DNA of 64,000 nt from Candidatus Omnitrophota bacterium (GCA_024231025.1 JAAEQW010000139.1:7851-71850), one strand, 5' to 3'; shown: positions 27,001 through 42,000, counted from the first letter of the stretch. Notes: generated by a model from the letters alone, not told the origin. Program-made: numbers and translations.

Positions 27001-30000
27001 CCATCCTTTAAGCTGCAACTCGCTAAGCTCGCTAAGCTTAAGTGCGCTTTTTGCCTCATCTTCACTGATTATTGCAGATATCTCTTTCACTTCGCTATCA
27101 AGAGGATCATGATCGTTCTGAAGATTATCTATCTCATCATTAAGCTGCGACATGGTATCTTCTATTTTGCCCACACTTTCGCAATTTAGATCTATCTCAC
27201 GAGATAAAGATTGCACCTTTCTTTTTAGCTCCTCAAGACTCTCATCAACGCCCTCTCGTTGCTCTTGGTTTTCTTTTAGACTTTCATTTATTTCTTTATA
27301 AGTTTGCTTAGCTGCATTTAAGTCTTCGTTTGCCTTTGTTAATGCTTTTGTGTCTTTAGCAACTTCAAGCTCCTGCGTTCGAAGCACCAATACACTCTTA
27401 GCTATTTTCAAATCTTCATTGGTTTTATTAATTTCTTCCTCTTTGTTTTGTTCTTCTCTGCTTATCTCATCTTCCAAAAATGTAATACCTTGTTGCGTTT
27501 CACTGAGAAGCCCTTCTCCGCGTGCAATAGCCTCTTCGTGAGATTTTCGTTCATTTTTTACATCGCTACGCTCTGTGCCAAGACTTATTAATCGCGCTGT
27601 TGCCGCGGTGTATTCATCATCTTCATTTGATAACTCTTCCCTCAGAGAATTTAAGGAACGCTCGATCTCTTCTGCGGCAGAAATAAACTTTTCAATTTTT
27701 TTAACCCGACCTAAATCATCAATTGTACGTTGTTTGTTATTTATATCTGTTTCTATTTGATTTCGCGCTTCTTCTTTTTGTTCAATATCAAGATCTAAGA
27801 GCCTAAGATCATTTTCATCGGTTTCTTTTTGCTTAAGCATTTCAGAAAAATTTGCCTTAACAGTTTCTAGATCTTGCTTCAAAGTTGCCAAAGCTTCTAG
27901 ACGCGCTGGAGTAACCGTTTGCGTTAATTCGCTGTGCCTAACATTTAGTTGTTCTAGCTTTTGAGAAGCCGCCGTTAATTCATTGTCTGATGTTTCAAAC
28001 GCTAGCCTCAATTCTCTTAATTCTTCCCTGGCTCGGTTTAACAACGCCTCACCATCTGCTTGCTCTTTTTCTAAAACCACTAGCCCATCTTGCCAAACTT
28101 TACGTTGCCTTAACTCAGCAATCTCTTCTATTTTAGCGCGAACTTTATTTGACCTTTCTGTTAGTGTTAGTGTTAGCGAGTGCGCCTTCTGCTCTAATTC
28201 TGCACGCTTCTTCTTAGCAATATTTTTTTGATGTTTGCGATCAGCAGCTGCTAGATTAGAAAAAGAAATTTCAAAATCGCATTCACCCTTGACGTCAGTT
28301 TTTAGCTTGGCTATTTCTGAGAAAGGTAAATTGCTCATAGACTTCTCATAATCGGTTTTGATTTTCGCAACCTCTTTTTCTATTCTATCAATTTCATCAG
28401 TAAGTTCTTTTTCTGAATTCCAAACAGTAAGATATTCTTGTTCGGCATTCGATTTGTCCGTAGCTTGCTGATCGCGCATCGTTTCTATTGACCGTTCGTT
28501 TTTAGCAACAGTATCGTGTTTTGATAATGCTGTTTGACGTAATTCTGCATTAAGAATTTTTACAGCTTGACTTGTTCCTTCGTTTTCAGCTTTTGCGGTG
28601 CTAATTTGATTTTCGCAGTCAGAAAGACTTTCTCTGGATAAACCCAAATTATTTTGAAGTGTTTGGCGTTCTGCAGTTAAGCTTTCAATACGCGTTTCGA
28701 CACCTTTTGGATCGCCAAGTTTTTTGGTATCGTCACCAAGGGAAGATATAGATCGCAACTTATCGCTCACGTCTTTGTCAAAAGAAGTAATTTGCTCTTT
28801 TAGACCTTCACTCTGATGTTCTAATCTCCTCTGATGATCACCTAGAAAAATGCAATTTTCATCAACAATCGGGAAACGTTCCCGCTGAACACGTTCTAGA
28901 TAATCTTTAACCATACCCGCTTGTTTGATTGCCTCACTATTTTCTGCCGCATTGAAAGATGCAACTTGCCCAACGAGAAAGCTTTCCATAACAAAAATTC
29001 TTCTGGAAACATTTCGATATAATTGATAAAGACTTTCACGTAAATCGTATAAGCTATTTTCATCTAAAATACCATCTGCCACTACCGCGCGATACGCTTT
29101 CATCTCACGGGCATGATTGGAGAGTAATTCTTTCAAATCCCCGATTACACTTTCATCCAATTGGCTCAATTGTGAAACTTCAATGTCTAGCCCTTCTTCT
29201 TCGGTAGCTTCTTCTAAGGTAAAGTCCCCTTCCTCGAAGTCATCAGCGCCTAGGGCATCTTTTTCTAATTCAAAGTCCCCTGGTGCAAAGTCGTCAGCGC
29301 TTAGAACATCTTCTCCTAATTGAAAGTCCCCTTCCTCGAAGTCGTCAACAGTTAGTGTTTGGCCGCTTTCTTCTTCATTATCGTTACCACCATTGCTGCC
29401 TAGAATTCCTAAGATTCCACCACCCAAACAAATTGTAACAGCAAGTGCTAAAGAGCTTGGGGTTGTTTCTTGTGAAAAATAATCTGCTACCTTCTGAAAG
29501 TCAAAATATGGCAATATATTACTAACAAAGAAGCTGACTGCTTTTACAGCCATAAACACAAGCGGAATAATTGCAAATGGAATAAGGCCACACAATGGCA
29601 TCGGCTTAGTTCTATTTAATAATTCGCCAACAACGTTATAAAAATTCTCACCTTTAATAATTGTTCTTGCAAATAATTCCCAAGCCTCTTCGCTATTGCC
29701 AAAAAGCCTTAGCGTTATCCCGGCAAATAATTCTCCCTCATAACTGGAAAAAGTTGCTTTTATGGCATGCGACTTACCTTGACGCTGGCTTACAAGTTCA
29801 AGGGTAGTTCTAGATAAAGCGCCTTCTTTTGCCGCAAGAATTACATCCAACGCAATACCGTTTAATAGCATTTGTCCGATATCTTTCCCTTGGTTAAAAG
29901 CTTTCAACCTAGGGGCATCTTCTGCACTGTATGCGCCGTCACTATCTGCGTCAAAGCCACCATTTGTGTATTTATCAGCCAAACGTAACCTCGCATAATA

Positions 30001-33000
30001 AGCACCCATTGCTTCTTTATGGTGAGGAGTTCTTGGCAAAATCCCTTCAAAGCACAAAAAATGAGTTAGCTCTTCAGGGAAAACAGCTTCAAGTTGCCGA
30101 GGCGTTTGCGCCGCGCTCATCGCAATTGTTGAACCTTTTTTTGTAGAAGAAGTTAAATCGTTAATGAGGCCGGCCTCTTTCATCATTCTGATCGTTTCAG
30201 GTTTAATTTCTTCATTTGGCATCTCTTGGGGGAAAAGATCACTAAATGTTAATGGCTTTATCGCCTTGTGTATAAACCTTTTTAGAGTTTCTTGCGTAAA
30301 CCTTTCTGATTTTATATATGGCCAAAACTTCCTAACAAAAAATCTAATATTTTCGTCAAAAACTATTCTCTGAGCATAATAAAAACTCAATTCTGCTCCG
30401 AGATTAATGATCATTCTGAGCTGCCTTACCAAAACAGCAAACTTTATTTCCGAAATATCAGACGCAAAACTGTGCAAATTTTCGCCATCAACTTTCAAAT
30501 CTTTAAGATATCCGGCAGAAGTCACAAGGGCAGTTTCTAATTCCGCACGCTTTGTTAGGCGTTGACTGCTATCATCCTCAAACGCTCTTACGACTTGGCT
30601 ATGTGCCTTATCAAGCTCGACTAAAGAAAGAATTAGTTGAGCGATTTTATTACCTCTTTCACAACATACCTGGGAAGCACTTACATCAGGCGCTAAATTT
30701 TTTTCCGCCTGAGACGTCACGTTAGCCTTACCTTTGCGCATCGCTTCAAGTTGACGCTTCTTTCCATTTGCGTGGCGTTCTAGTCGATCCCTACCTGGTG
30801 CGGTTTCGTGCACAACCACTTGTTCAATAAATGTATCATAGCGATAATCTCTATTGGCACCAACCAAAGCTGTTCGAATTTCACTATAAGATAGGACCAA
30901 GCTCATCTCGCCGCCATTACTTTCAGCAATTGGTAAAACTCTTCCATGCTTTTTAAAAATCGCACCATTAATGATTTCAGTATCTTTAATGAGTTCTTCA
31001 ATATCATTGAAAATGTCTTCGTTGCGTCGGTCGATAAGCCATAACCTCATTTCCGCAATTGCAGGGAAGTTGTGGCTTCTAGAAAGTTCTGCTTTGAGCT
31101 CTTCTTTTAATTTACTAATTACTGGTTTTACGCTTTTACCCGTTAGCAATTTAAGTACTTCTTCAACATATAAACGCTCAAGAATGCTAAAAACGTGTTT
31201 GGTCGCGTCAACATTATATATTGCCTTATTATCCTGCCCCCAGGAGTATTCACCCGACCAAAACCATTCTGACACTTTTACTTTCTTCTTATTTTTTTCA
31301 TCGTACTCTCTTCGTTTACCCTTAGTAGGCCTTCCGGTTAAATCCACGACGAGTTTTCCGGCGTCAAATTTCCGACAAGCTTTACGACGAATTCTTCGGT
31401 TAGCTCTGCGACGAGTTTTAAGGTGAATTCTACGGCGAGCTTTCCGACAAGCTTTACTGCGAGATTGTCGCTGAATTATACTAGATTCTATAGTAACCGC
31501 GGGTTCTACGGAAACAAAAACAATATCTTCCAATTGTAAAAAAGCAAACCCTACCTTTCTGGGGTCCATCTCATCATCTAAAGACAAGAAACACTCCAAA
31601 CCGAATCCGGTTCTTTTAGCCATGTCTCTAACTGCGGCTGCCTTATTCACATCAGCCCTTAACACATCAACGCTGGTAGTACCGCCCTCAGTCACCACCA
31701 AACTAGCGTCTGAAGGACCTAGTGCTACCTTGCGGTTGATATTATTAACAATATCCTCAACAATTTCACCTAAAATTTCTCTCGCTGATTTTTCATTGAG
31801 TATTTTCTTGCTAGGATATATTCGCGTAAAAGTATATCCAACAATTGCTCCTGCGGAATCTTTTCTTGTATCAATCAACGGCCAATCATCCGGCAACGCA
31901 GATAAAGGATCGGCTGCGTCACACGATAATTGCTTTGTTAAATTTTTTACATTTTTCGGCTCTATATTCGAACCATGTAAAACTTTGTATAAATCACCAA
32001 TAATTTTAGGTAGGTTTTCTTCTATTCTTTCTGACACCCTCACCTCTTTGTAGTGCTTATTAAACCAATCCCTGTGCGCTTTACTTGAACTACCACTTAA
32101 AGAGTGTTTAATTTTCCCAATGAGATCACCGTGCTCATCTTCATTATCTAATAGCGATCTATTTTTTGCGATTGTGATTATAATTGTTTCCCAAATCCCG
32201 CAAATACGTTTTAACGAGCTTTGCAATAAATGTTCTTGGTCGTCATTAAACCCTTTGGTATAGCGGGTGTCATCCTTAAAACCTCTGCCGGCCTCGTCAA
32301 TAACCCTTCTGACTCCACCGCTATAAGCATAAATGCTGAAACGCTCAAAAAGACAATCAACAATAAATTCAGTTAAAGAACGACCCTGCTGACGGTCAGG
32401 TTGATTACCGGAAATAACCGCATAATGAAGACCCCACAAAAGAAACCTATTTTTATACTCAACAATCTTAAAATCTTCCGGATCATTACGCAAAGCGGTA
32501 GTTAAATCCATATCCGTGGCAATCACTCCTCGGTTGATACGCTTGATCCCTCTCAATACTTTTTTATCAATTACTAGTTTTCCGTAACTATCAAATTCTA
32601 TTCCTTCAAGCGGCTCAGTAGTGTCTTGCAGACGGAACTTATAGCCTGAGTCATAAACAACTAGTTCTGCCTTTTTGCGAACTAAAATATCTAATAGGCT
32701 TCTTCCTTCGATAGTTTGAGCTTGGGGCCCTAGTTTCTCGATTAACGCTAGGAATTGACGGCAGACTAAAACAGTTAACATGCTTTTACCTTCGATCAAA
32801 CTTGGACCATAACCATTTTGCTTTATTTGCCGGGAGAACTCTTCATCCTCAATATTATTTCTCGAATGAAGCGCTATAAGATTTTGCCAAACAATTACCG
32901 CTAAAGCCTTTCGTTCTAATTGATCTAATTTTTTTCTAGGCTCTTGAAACCGACGCTCCACAAGCTTAGAGTCTGTTAATTCGATACCGGCAAAATTATC

Positions 33001-36000
33001 GCCTTCAGTTTGCCAGGTTTGCCTTTGGTTAGCTATCATTTTGGCAGTTCTAAGCATTGCTTCAAATTGCAAATAAGAAAAATTAAAATCTTCAGCAGGA
33101 TTACGCTCTATATATTCAAACTTCTTTTCTAAAGCATCATAAATTCTTCTTCTTAACTGTTCAATGTTGCTGAGACTACTAAGCAATTGCAACGGAGTGC
33201 TGGAATAATCGTTAGGATTATTTTTAATATCCTCAATGAAATCTCCTAACAACACTCTAGAGGACTGTCTGTTTTCTCGAATTTCTTGCGAATTAAGAAG
33301 ATAAATATAAACGCGAACATATTCCCAATTATAATCTTCACTCGAATAACAATGAAAAATGCCCTTTTCATCATAATGAGGCTCTCCGTTAAAACTATTT
33401 TTGCCAATTTTTTGGTTTCCTTTGCTTAAAACACCCAAATGATGTAGCCGATTTTCATCAACCGGAGAAAGTTCGATTCTTTCTCGAAGCAAACGGCAAG
33501 CCGCTTCTTTGTAATTCTCAATTTTAGGTTTTCCTTGATTGTCTTTTTCGCAACGAAGATGACCCGTCGCAGAAAGATCCTTTCTTCCATGATCCCGCAC
33601 TGGAATTATGACCTCGCCAGTTTGCCAATCTAAAGCTAATACCGCAACAACACCATGGCAGCATAAACCTTCCGATGATAATTTGTGCCCATCTATCCAG
33701 CTACTTGGCTTTGGATCATTACTATATGAAACATTTCGGTCAATATTTCCATTTGCTTGATTAACCCTAACAAGATCGTGCCTGCGTTCATACATCAGAC
33801 CAGTATTACCTTCTCCAATAGCAATTACTGTCTTATTGATTTGCGATACTAAATTATCCAGCTGGTCTTTTGATCCTTTAGGAGCTCTCTCGATAATATC
33901 ATAAGGCAGCTTTTTGTATTCTTCATAGTAGTAAATCAAGGCATTAATAAAAATCGGCCAAGCCGAAAGAGCACTGCCTTCATCATCATCCAATAAATCA
34001 CCCTCAATTAAACGCTTGCGCCCTTCTTGATATTTCGCCTTAACACTTTGATAAAGAGTTCTAATTCGCACACGGGGGGCTCTTAATAACTCTAATTGCG
34101 CTTGTTTTCCGTCTTTACACTTGGCGCAAGACTCATGCGTCTCGACCTGCTCAATCACAAACTCCGCATCAGAAGGCGATAAAAGGTTTTCAATCCCACT
34201 TGGGCTAGTTTGCCAAGCAATTGTGTAGTCATTTTCTGCTTCTACTCTTTTTGCGATTGACCGACCGTTGGTCTCCCGCTCTAGTTGTTCAACTAAATTA
34301 GCTAATCTGATTATTTGGTCGGCAATATCGGCATTGTCTGAATTATTAGCCCAACTGCGAATTTCACTGCTCTTGGGGAAGTTGTGGCCGCGGTCTTCTA
34401 CCATGCCAAAAACATACGCTGCAAGTTTATTCTCATGTTGAGAAACAGCTTTTTTTGCTTTTACTAATTCACGCATCAGGTCAAACTGAGCTTCAATCCC
34501 ATTTTCATGACGCTCTTGACCATTTTCACCTGGCGCTAATTCATGGATTTCTACTTGTTTAATAAAAAATCTATACCGATGAGCTCTTTTAGCTTTAGTT
34601 AATGCTTCTTCCATATCCTTAACGGATAACGCCCAATTTAAACCCCAACATATGTCGTCGCCACTCCACCGCGCAATCGGCAAGTGCTTCTCATATCTTC
34701 TAAAAATCTCACCATCAATAATTTTAACATCCTCAATAAGCTCTCTTAGCTGCTCAACAATATCCGCGTTCTTCGCACACCACCCTGAATCATTAAGATA
34801 TTTTTCTAGATCCAAGGCTGTAGGGAAGTTGTGGGAAGATCCACGCCTTAGCGTCTTAGCCACTAGCTGATAGACTTCTTTCCATTTTGACTTGCGCGAA
34901 TGATCGCGCAAATTCATTACTCGCGAAATCACACCTAAAGCTACACCAAAACAACCAACTAATATTACTATAAAATCCTTCGTATTCTCTGCATAATCCA
35001 TGCTCAACTGCCATTGGGCGAGACGGTAAATGCTTACGGAGAAGGTAGCTGCAAGAATATAATGTCTAAACTTAGAAACAGATCCATTAAGCATCCTAAT
35101 AAGCATTATAGAATTCATAATTACAAGTGCAATTAGCGCATTGTCTCTCGTGAAAAGTGAAGACAGGATATTATTTATTGAGACAGTTTGCGCAGTTGCT
35201 GAGGCAACTAAAGTGCTAGTGCTTGCTTCTGCTGAGCTGCAACCAAAAAGAAACGCTGCTAAACCACCAAAGAATAAGATCACGCTAGACCCTAACCAAT
35301 GTCTTCTAAACGCTGGTGTCGTGCGGGTGTTAACATCAACAAAGTTATATATTGCAAACACCATCGCTGCTGAAACAAGCGCTACCAACCCACATTCTTG
35401 AATGAAAGATGAAGGCAACAGCCTATCCCCTACTGTTGCAAGCCACCCCGCGGCTTCCTGCGCCCGGGCGGAGATGCTGGCTAGGGTAAAAATTGCAAAG
35501 GATAATAAGATTGAATAAGTTTTATTACCGCTATTTGCACCGATTTTCAGTATAGATAAGACAACCATACCCAAGCCAGCAAAAATTGCAGCAGGCAACT
35601 CACCTGTGAGAACATCCACAGCCAAAACGGTGCCAATAAATAGGGTTATTCTTTTCAATAATCCTAAAATTATATTGCGAGGGGTTACAGACAGCGCCTG
35701 TTTTACCAGCCTTTCCCACTCAGGCAAAGGCACAAGCCCAATATCATTATTCGTTGTTATGTAGGTAAGGTGAGTTTCTAATAAATCGTTATTATTTAAG
35801 TCTCTTATGGTTAAATTGCATACTTCTTCTTCGGATAGGTTAGGATCGCGTAAATGATAGAATTCGTGGAAGCGGAAAATAATACGTAGTTGCTCCGGCG
35901 GTGCACGTAGAGTAAGTGGATTAATATATAGTCGGCCGTCAATTATTGCTGGTGCACCAAGCGATGGTGAGATGAGTATATCATTATTGGTAAATTCTAT

Positions 36001-39000
36001 CCCCTGACTCTTTAGATAATCACGCCCGCCAAAAGCAGTATAGATAATTTTGAGTTCGTCATCCGTTGCATTACGATCAGGAAGATTTTCGGTTGGCATG
36101 GTGGCGGGAAAGTTATGGCTGCCTTTTTCCTTGGTCAACTGCCCAGCCACTAATTGATAGACTTCTTTCCATACATTAAAATACTGACCACTTTGTGCGG
36201 CATAAGAGATTATAAAAGACCAAATAACAAACACACCGCTTTGCATAAGGAAAATATGTTTAGGAAAATATACAAAAGCAATTAAGTTAATTATCCCCCA
36301 AATCGGAAGAATAGTAATAACAAGTGTTGTTGGGATCTTTAAAAAACGCCTCCATCCAGAAACTGAAGAATTAATAAAAGGTTCCTTGCCACTTTCTTCT
36401 AACGACTTTCCTTCAACCAAAAATTTATTCAGAAAAACATCAAACCAAAAACTACCGCTAAGGCCCCAAAGTACTAAGTCAATAGCCCACATAATAAGAG
36501 CGGGATGATTACCAACCAAATTAGAGGTGAGGTTAGCGTAATAGGGCAAAGCCATACCAAGCCAAGCCATTCCCCAAATCGGACCAAATATAAAAATCGC
36601 GGCCAAAGCCACGCGCAATAGTTTGCCCGGAATAAGTTTTGCCTGTTTATTTTTTATGTTTATAGCAGTAAGCTGGGCAAAATAGTTTCCCAAAACCCGT
36701 GAAGAAACAGCAACCACTATAATCCGAGAGATACTATTTACATAACTAAATTCAGCGCTTGCAGTCCCAAACCAAAATAAGCTGATCAACGCACCATGCA
36801 CCAAAGAAACTGCTAAAACCACCTGTTTCGGATATTTTGTGAAAATCCGATTAATCTTACCTTGAATAGCTTCCAGCCTAGAAGTGCCGCCTCTTGCGTC
36901 TTCAGTCAACTCCGCTCGATATGCTTGGTGCTCACTTGCTCCGCTATTACTATTCGCACCACGCGCTGTGTCTTTTACAGAAAGAGCATCTGTAATCTCT
37001 TCAATACTTGCAGCAGGATCTTGCGGATTAAACTGCACCACCTTCATTCCTGCTTTACGCGCACCATCGATGTTAACCTCAAGATCGTCAACAAACAAAC
37101 ATTGATCAGGGGTAAACGAAACTGAATCAAGCACCGCCTGATACATCAACGGATCTGGTTTACGTGCACCAATATTCTGAGAAGCAAAAATATCGCACTC
37201 GGCTATTTCTAAAGAACGAAACGTCGGGATAATCCTACGGTAAAACATCGGATTGTTATCAGTTAAAATCCTAATTGCATAACTTCTCTGCTTTAAATCT
37301 TTAATCAAAGTTGATATTTCCGGAATAAGATCGCCACAAAGATTATCGTTAATAACCTCAAACCCTGCTTTGCTTACTCTACTCCCTGAGACACCTCTTT
37401 GCTCAAACCACTTCTTAGTGGCCTCAACTAACTCTTCGTCTGTCGCAATTTGCCCTCTATCAAACTTATAAAACGGATTGTTCACATCATCAATCCTTCC
37501 GCTCCAATACTGCCCTGCTACTTCTGGCGAACATCCAAATTGTTTACTAATGTCATCAACCACCTCTTCTTCGTTGTGACGGACAATCACATTTCCCACA
37601 TCAAAAATAACGCATTTGACCACACTATTTATATCTTTTATCACTCTTGTTTTTTTGCCCTCGGATATACTTTCTACACTATATTGAGCAATCTTGGTAG
37701 TAAGACTATCAAAATGCTCATCCAGCTCATTAACACCTGGCAGAAGACTGAACATATGGTGGAAGTGCTTGCTGTTGACACTAGCTCCAGCCCACAAACT
37801 TTGGTATATAATTGCTCCATTTGTTCGGTAGGCTAAATCAACGAATGCGAAAGCGTCTTTAGCTTCGAAATATTGTCTTTCTCTCTGGGCTAATACAAAT
37901 GTTGCGTAGTAATCCTCAGATGGCTTAGCATTGGGAATAATGTGCCAGCGAGATTTTTGTTCAATAAAACCATCTAAGTCCATGACTGCTAAGGCTTCTA
38001 TTATTTCCTGCTTGAGAACAACAAATCTATCATTATCTAAAGTTACCTCCGCAATTGCTGCACGAATTTGGTCTTGACTATAGCGATGGAAATCTTCTTC
38101 TGAGAAAGAAAATCTCCTCATCACCTCATGCGCCCCCACACTCCGTCCGTCAAGAATATCTGATTCACCTTTTTCTCTTGGAACTACAATAAGTGAATCC
38201 TTGCGGCCCAAAAGATCAAAAGGGATATCTTTGCTCTGAAGAACATCGATTATTGTATAAAATATCAGTGCGCTAACTTTTTGATCAAGCCCTTTTACCA
38301 CAAAACCATTCGGTTCTTTTAATTGTGCTAAATCAACTGTAACTGGCCTAACTCTTGCATCCAATCTTTTAATTTCGCCAAGTTTTAACCCATAGCTAAT
38401 TGCGTTATCTGCAGTTACAACATCGGCAAAGAAAAACTTTGGCTCCTGCTTAAGCTTAATCTCGGAAAGATCGAGCCACTCTGCTTTTTTCAATTTGCTT
38501 CCTCCGGGCCATATACCACATAAAAAAGGACCCTTCCACTCTAAAATCTTCAGCTTTTCTCGGGCCTTGCTAGAAATAGCAAAACCGATTTTTTTCTTCC
38601 ACAATCTCTCCCAACGAGTTTTTATTTCGGATGCTAAATCATGGGTGGCCCAGCTATTTATGCCCTGCTCTAAGATGCTGAGCAGCCTAAAGATGGTCTT
38701 TGCATAATTGTACTCGCTCTTTTTAACCGCCGCCAAAGCAGCATCATTTAATAATTGAGACAGCTTTTCAGCCAAATCAGCAGGTTCTTGAGTTTGCCAA
38801 TTCTCCACAACATAATCAGCTTCTAATCTATACGGATAACTAAATTTTGCTGCACGTCGCCGAATTCTCGACCACCGACGCACACTAGATAAAACTGAAT
38901 CACCGTTTTCTAAGCCCCGGTTAATATATCGCAACAACCTTATGTCGGATGGTGCTCGAAAATACACCTTCAATGTTTTACGATTCAAGCTAGCAATTAT

Positions 39001-42000
39001 TTCTCTGACTTGATTACCGAACGCATAAATAGAATCCAGTAATAAAATATCAGAAGATGTTAGATGCAATTGCGATAGAGCCTCTTTTACCCGATACCAA
39101 TCAATCGCATCAGGATGATTAATATCTGGATTGCCCTTACCTGTCAACGGCCATTCTTCCTTGGGTTTCAAATATCGATTAACTTGAAAATGCTTAAACC
39201 TTTCGAGCTCAGAAGCTTTTCTTGCCCATTTGCTCTTTCCCGAACACTTTTCTCCCGCAACCAAAACAATACAACCTTCCTGGCCATCCATTAAAGTTTC
39301 CCTTAAGCTATTTAATGAATGTAAAACCGCTCTAGAGTAAGCTAATTCCACAGCCTCATTCTCTTGATGGGTTCGGCCATTCAACTCATGTACAAACACC
39401 GCAGTAAGATTATATTTAGGATTATTGAAGGCTGGTTGTTCAATATATAGGGCATTATTGGGTTGGTCATAATAGGCAGCAAAAGTAATTTGTTTACTCG
39501 TAATAACTATTACTTTAGGCGGACCACGTTTTGGATCAACTCTATCTTCTCTTTCTAGAAAGCTTATTGCCTTTTCCCGTGCTGGATTAATTAACTTATT
39601 TTCTTCTGCGATTGGCGCGCGAAATTCAACACTTCCGGTACGGTATTTATCCAACTGCGTTTGGGTTTGAGCCAAAGTATAGCCATTGTATCCGCCGTCT
39701 TTTGAGGAAACAGGATCATTACCATCCTTAGACCTATACTTAATTGCACCGCTTAGCTTGGCATAAAATGCCTCGATAGTTTCTTGCACAACAGCGTCTA
39801 ATTGCCCCTCTCTATTCGCAACGACAATAAAATCTCTTTCTTTGTAGTGCGCTAAATCTTTTGCGTCTCTCCTTGCGTTTACCTCGATCGCCCGAACGAT
39901 ATTTTCCTCGCTAACCGATTCACCTAACTGCGTTAGAGCCCAAATGGCTCTATCTCGAGACTGCGCACGAATGAGAAAAGAAAACCTTGCCTCAGGATGC
40001 TTATTTCGTCCCACCACAATAACCGGAGAAGAAAGAGACATTTCCTTAATTTGATCCTTCATACGGCTTGCCAATTTAGTCGCAACGGCTCTGTTGCTCC
40101 TCCAAGCAACATTAGCTGCACTAGTGATTTCTGGCTGCTCAATATCTTCGGTTACGTCTACTCCGTCAACAAACACTCTTTCTTGCACCATAGTAAAAGT
40201 TGTATTATTAATTAGTCTCAGCATTCCTGATCTGTCTGTTAAGCTAACCCCTTCGTTGAAAGCCTTATGGGTTATCGCCCGATATATCTTACCACGGTCA
40301 AAAACCTGACCGCTAATGCGTGCAGCAAACGCCCAAGCAATAGCAGATTTACCAGTATTACTCTTTCCGCAAACCGAAACAATTATGCCACGACTGCTCT
40401 TAGCACTATGTAAAGGCATATTGAACTGCTCAGGAGTAATCTTCCCCTCTAAAGTGCTAATCAATCCACAAACAACTTGTGCATATCTGTATTTACTTTT
40501 TTTAATCACCCTATCAGCTGTTTTACGCATCAGAGACATTAACTTATCGCTTAAAGAAACAATTTCTTCTGGCTGCCAGTTCTCCACCATATAATCAACG
40601 TATGATTTATAAGGCTCAATAAATTCGACTGCACGCCGCTCAATTCTTGGCCAAGCACGCACGTTAAAAAGTACAGAATCGCCCATCTTCACACCTCGGG
40701 CAATCCGCCGTAGTAATCTAATCGCTAAAGGCGCCTGAAAATAAACCTTAACAACCTCACGCTCTAGTCCGCAAGCTATCTCACCTGTCTCCTTACCAAG
40801 GGCATGCAAAGAATCTAACAATAGTATGTCACTGGTTCCAAGTTGTAGCATTTTTCCTGAACGCCTTGTTGTTCTATTGTTTACCTTGTCATAATTTGCC
40901 ATTTCTACAAAACCATTCTTAGATAACGCCTCTAAGTCTTCCTTCAACCATTCCCAGTTAATCGCACGAGGATGATCAGCATCTGGGTTACCGCTACCAT
41001 CTATAGGGCGATCTTCCTGGCATTTAAAATATCGATCGACAGGAAAATGCACAAATTCATTACGTCCATCAAGACTCCTTGCCCAGGTAGTTTTCCCTGA
41101 ACAGCTGCTTCCGGCAACTAAAACAATGGCGCCCTTATGGTCAACAGCTAAAGAATTCGCCAAGCTCTGCTGTGAATGCATTACTGGGTTATGTGGCGGT
41201 CTGATTTCGTGCAACCGCCCAATGAATGACTCTCTATTTTTCAAAAAGAGCTCTCGGAACGAAACAAGGTCATAAGAACCAAACAACTTTAAAAATGCAG
41301 CTCTTAGCTCTTGGGGAGTATACCCATCCGTAGGATTAGTGTCGATTCCGGCTAATTGTGTAGTATGATCATATAGCCTTTGATCGAAAAACTCTATCAT
41401 TGCCGGGATTATATCTTCTAGCTGCCGACCCTTTGAAATCACTACATCCTTGCGCGCATGTCTTACAATTGTTGTTCGAATATCACCATCAACCACCAAG
41501 ATCTCTCCGTCATCTTCGCTAACACCAAAACTCGCTAATGATCCAGGGTAACGATTCGGGTACATATCCGATCCTAGCACAACAACCGAACCCTGCCTTG
41601 CCTGTCTATCAACAGAATCGTTATATCCTGCCTCAAAGCTACTACTTAAATCAATTATTTTAGCGTCAATAATTCTTGCTAACTCATCAGCGATCGCTAG
41701 CTTTGCATTTTGTGAAGAACCGTAAATAGACACTATGATTCCTGTATCTAAAATGTTTTCTACGGCAGCAACTCCCAATCTAGTCATTTGTTCAATCGGT
41801 AGTTTTCGCCGTAAGGCACTAACCAATCTCGAAGCTAACCCTAAAGACTGCCGATCTCTTTTGGGATCCATTTTAGAAATCGCATCCTCTAGCAAAAGTC
41901 TAGCCGGCTCAGACCATTTAGATAATTCATCCTCACTCCAATTCTTTATTAAATAATCTGCAATATCCTTGCCTGGTTCAATAAACTCTGCGGCGCGATG

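Noticed and set aside
33400-33900. A possible Nudix box (G ... RERIELSPV) after CHGVVAVLALDWQTGEVIIPVRDHGR.
   Set aside because: The spacing only loosely fits Gx5Ex7REUxEExGU, and I could not align the flanking beta-strands. The evidence is too weak to call without a profile search.
35841-35880. An HEFYH (HExxH zinc-protease-like) motif in the first SHNFP unit.
   Set aside because: The paralogous units have VHETAPG and IHELAPG with no second His. The motif is not conserved, so it is most likely a chance HExxH.
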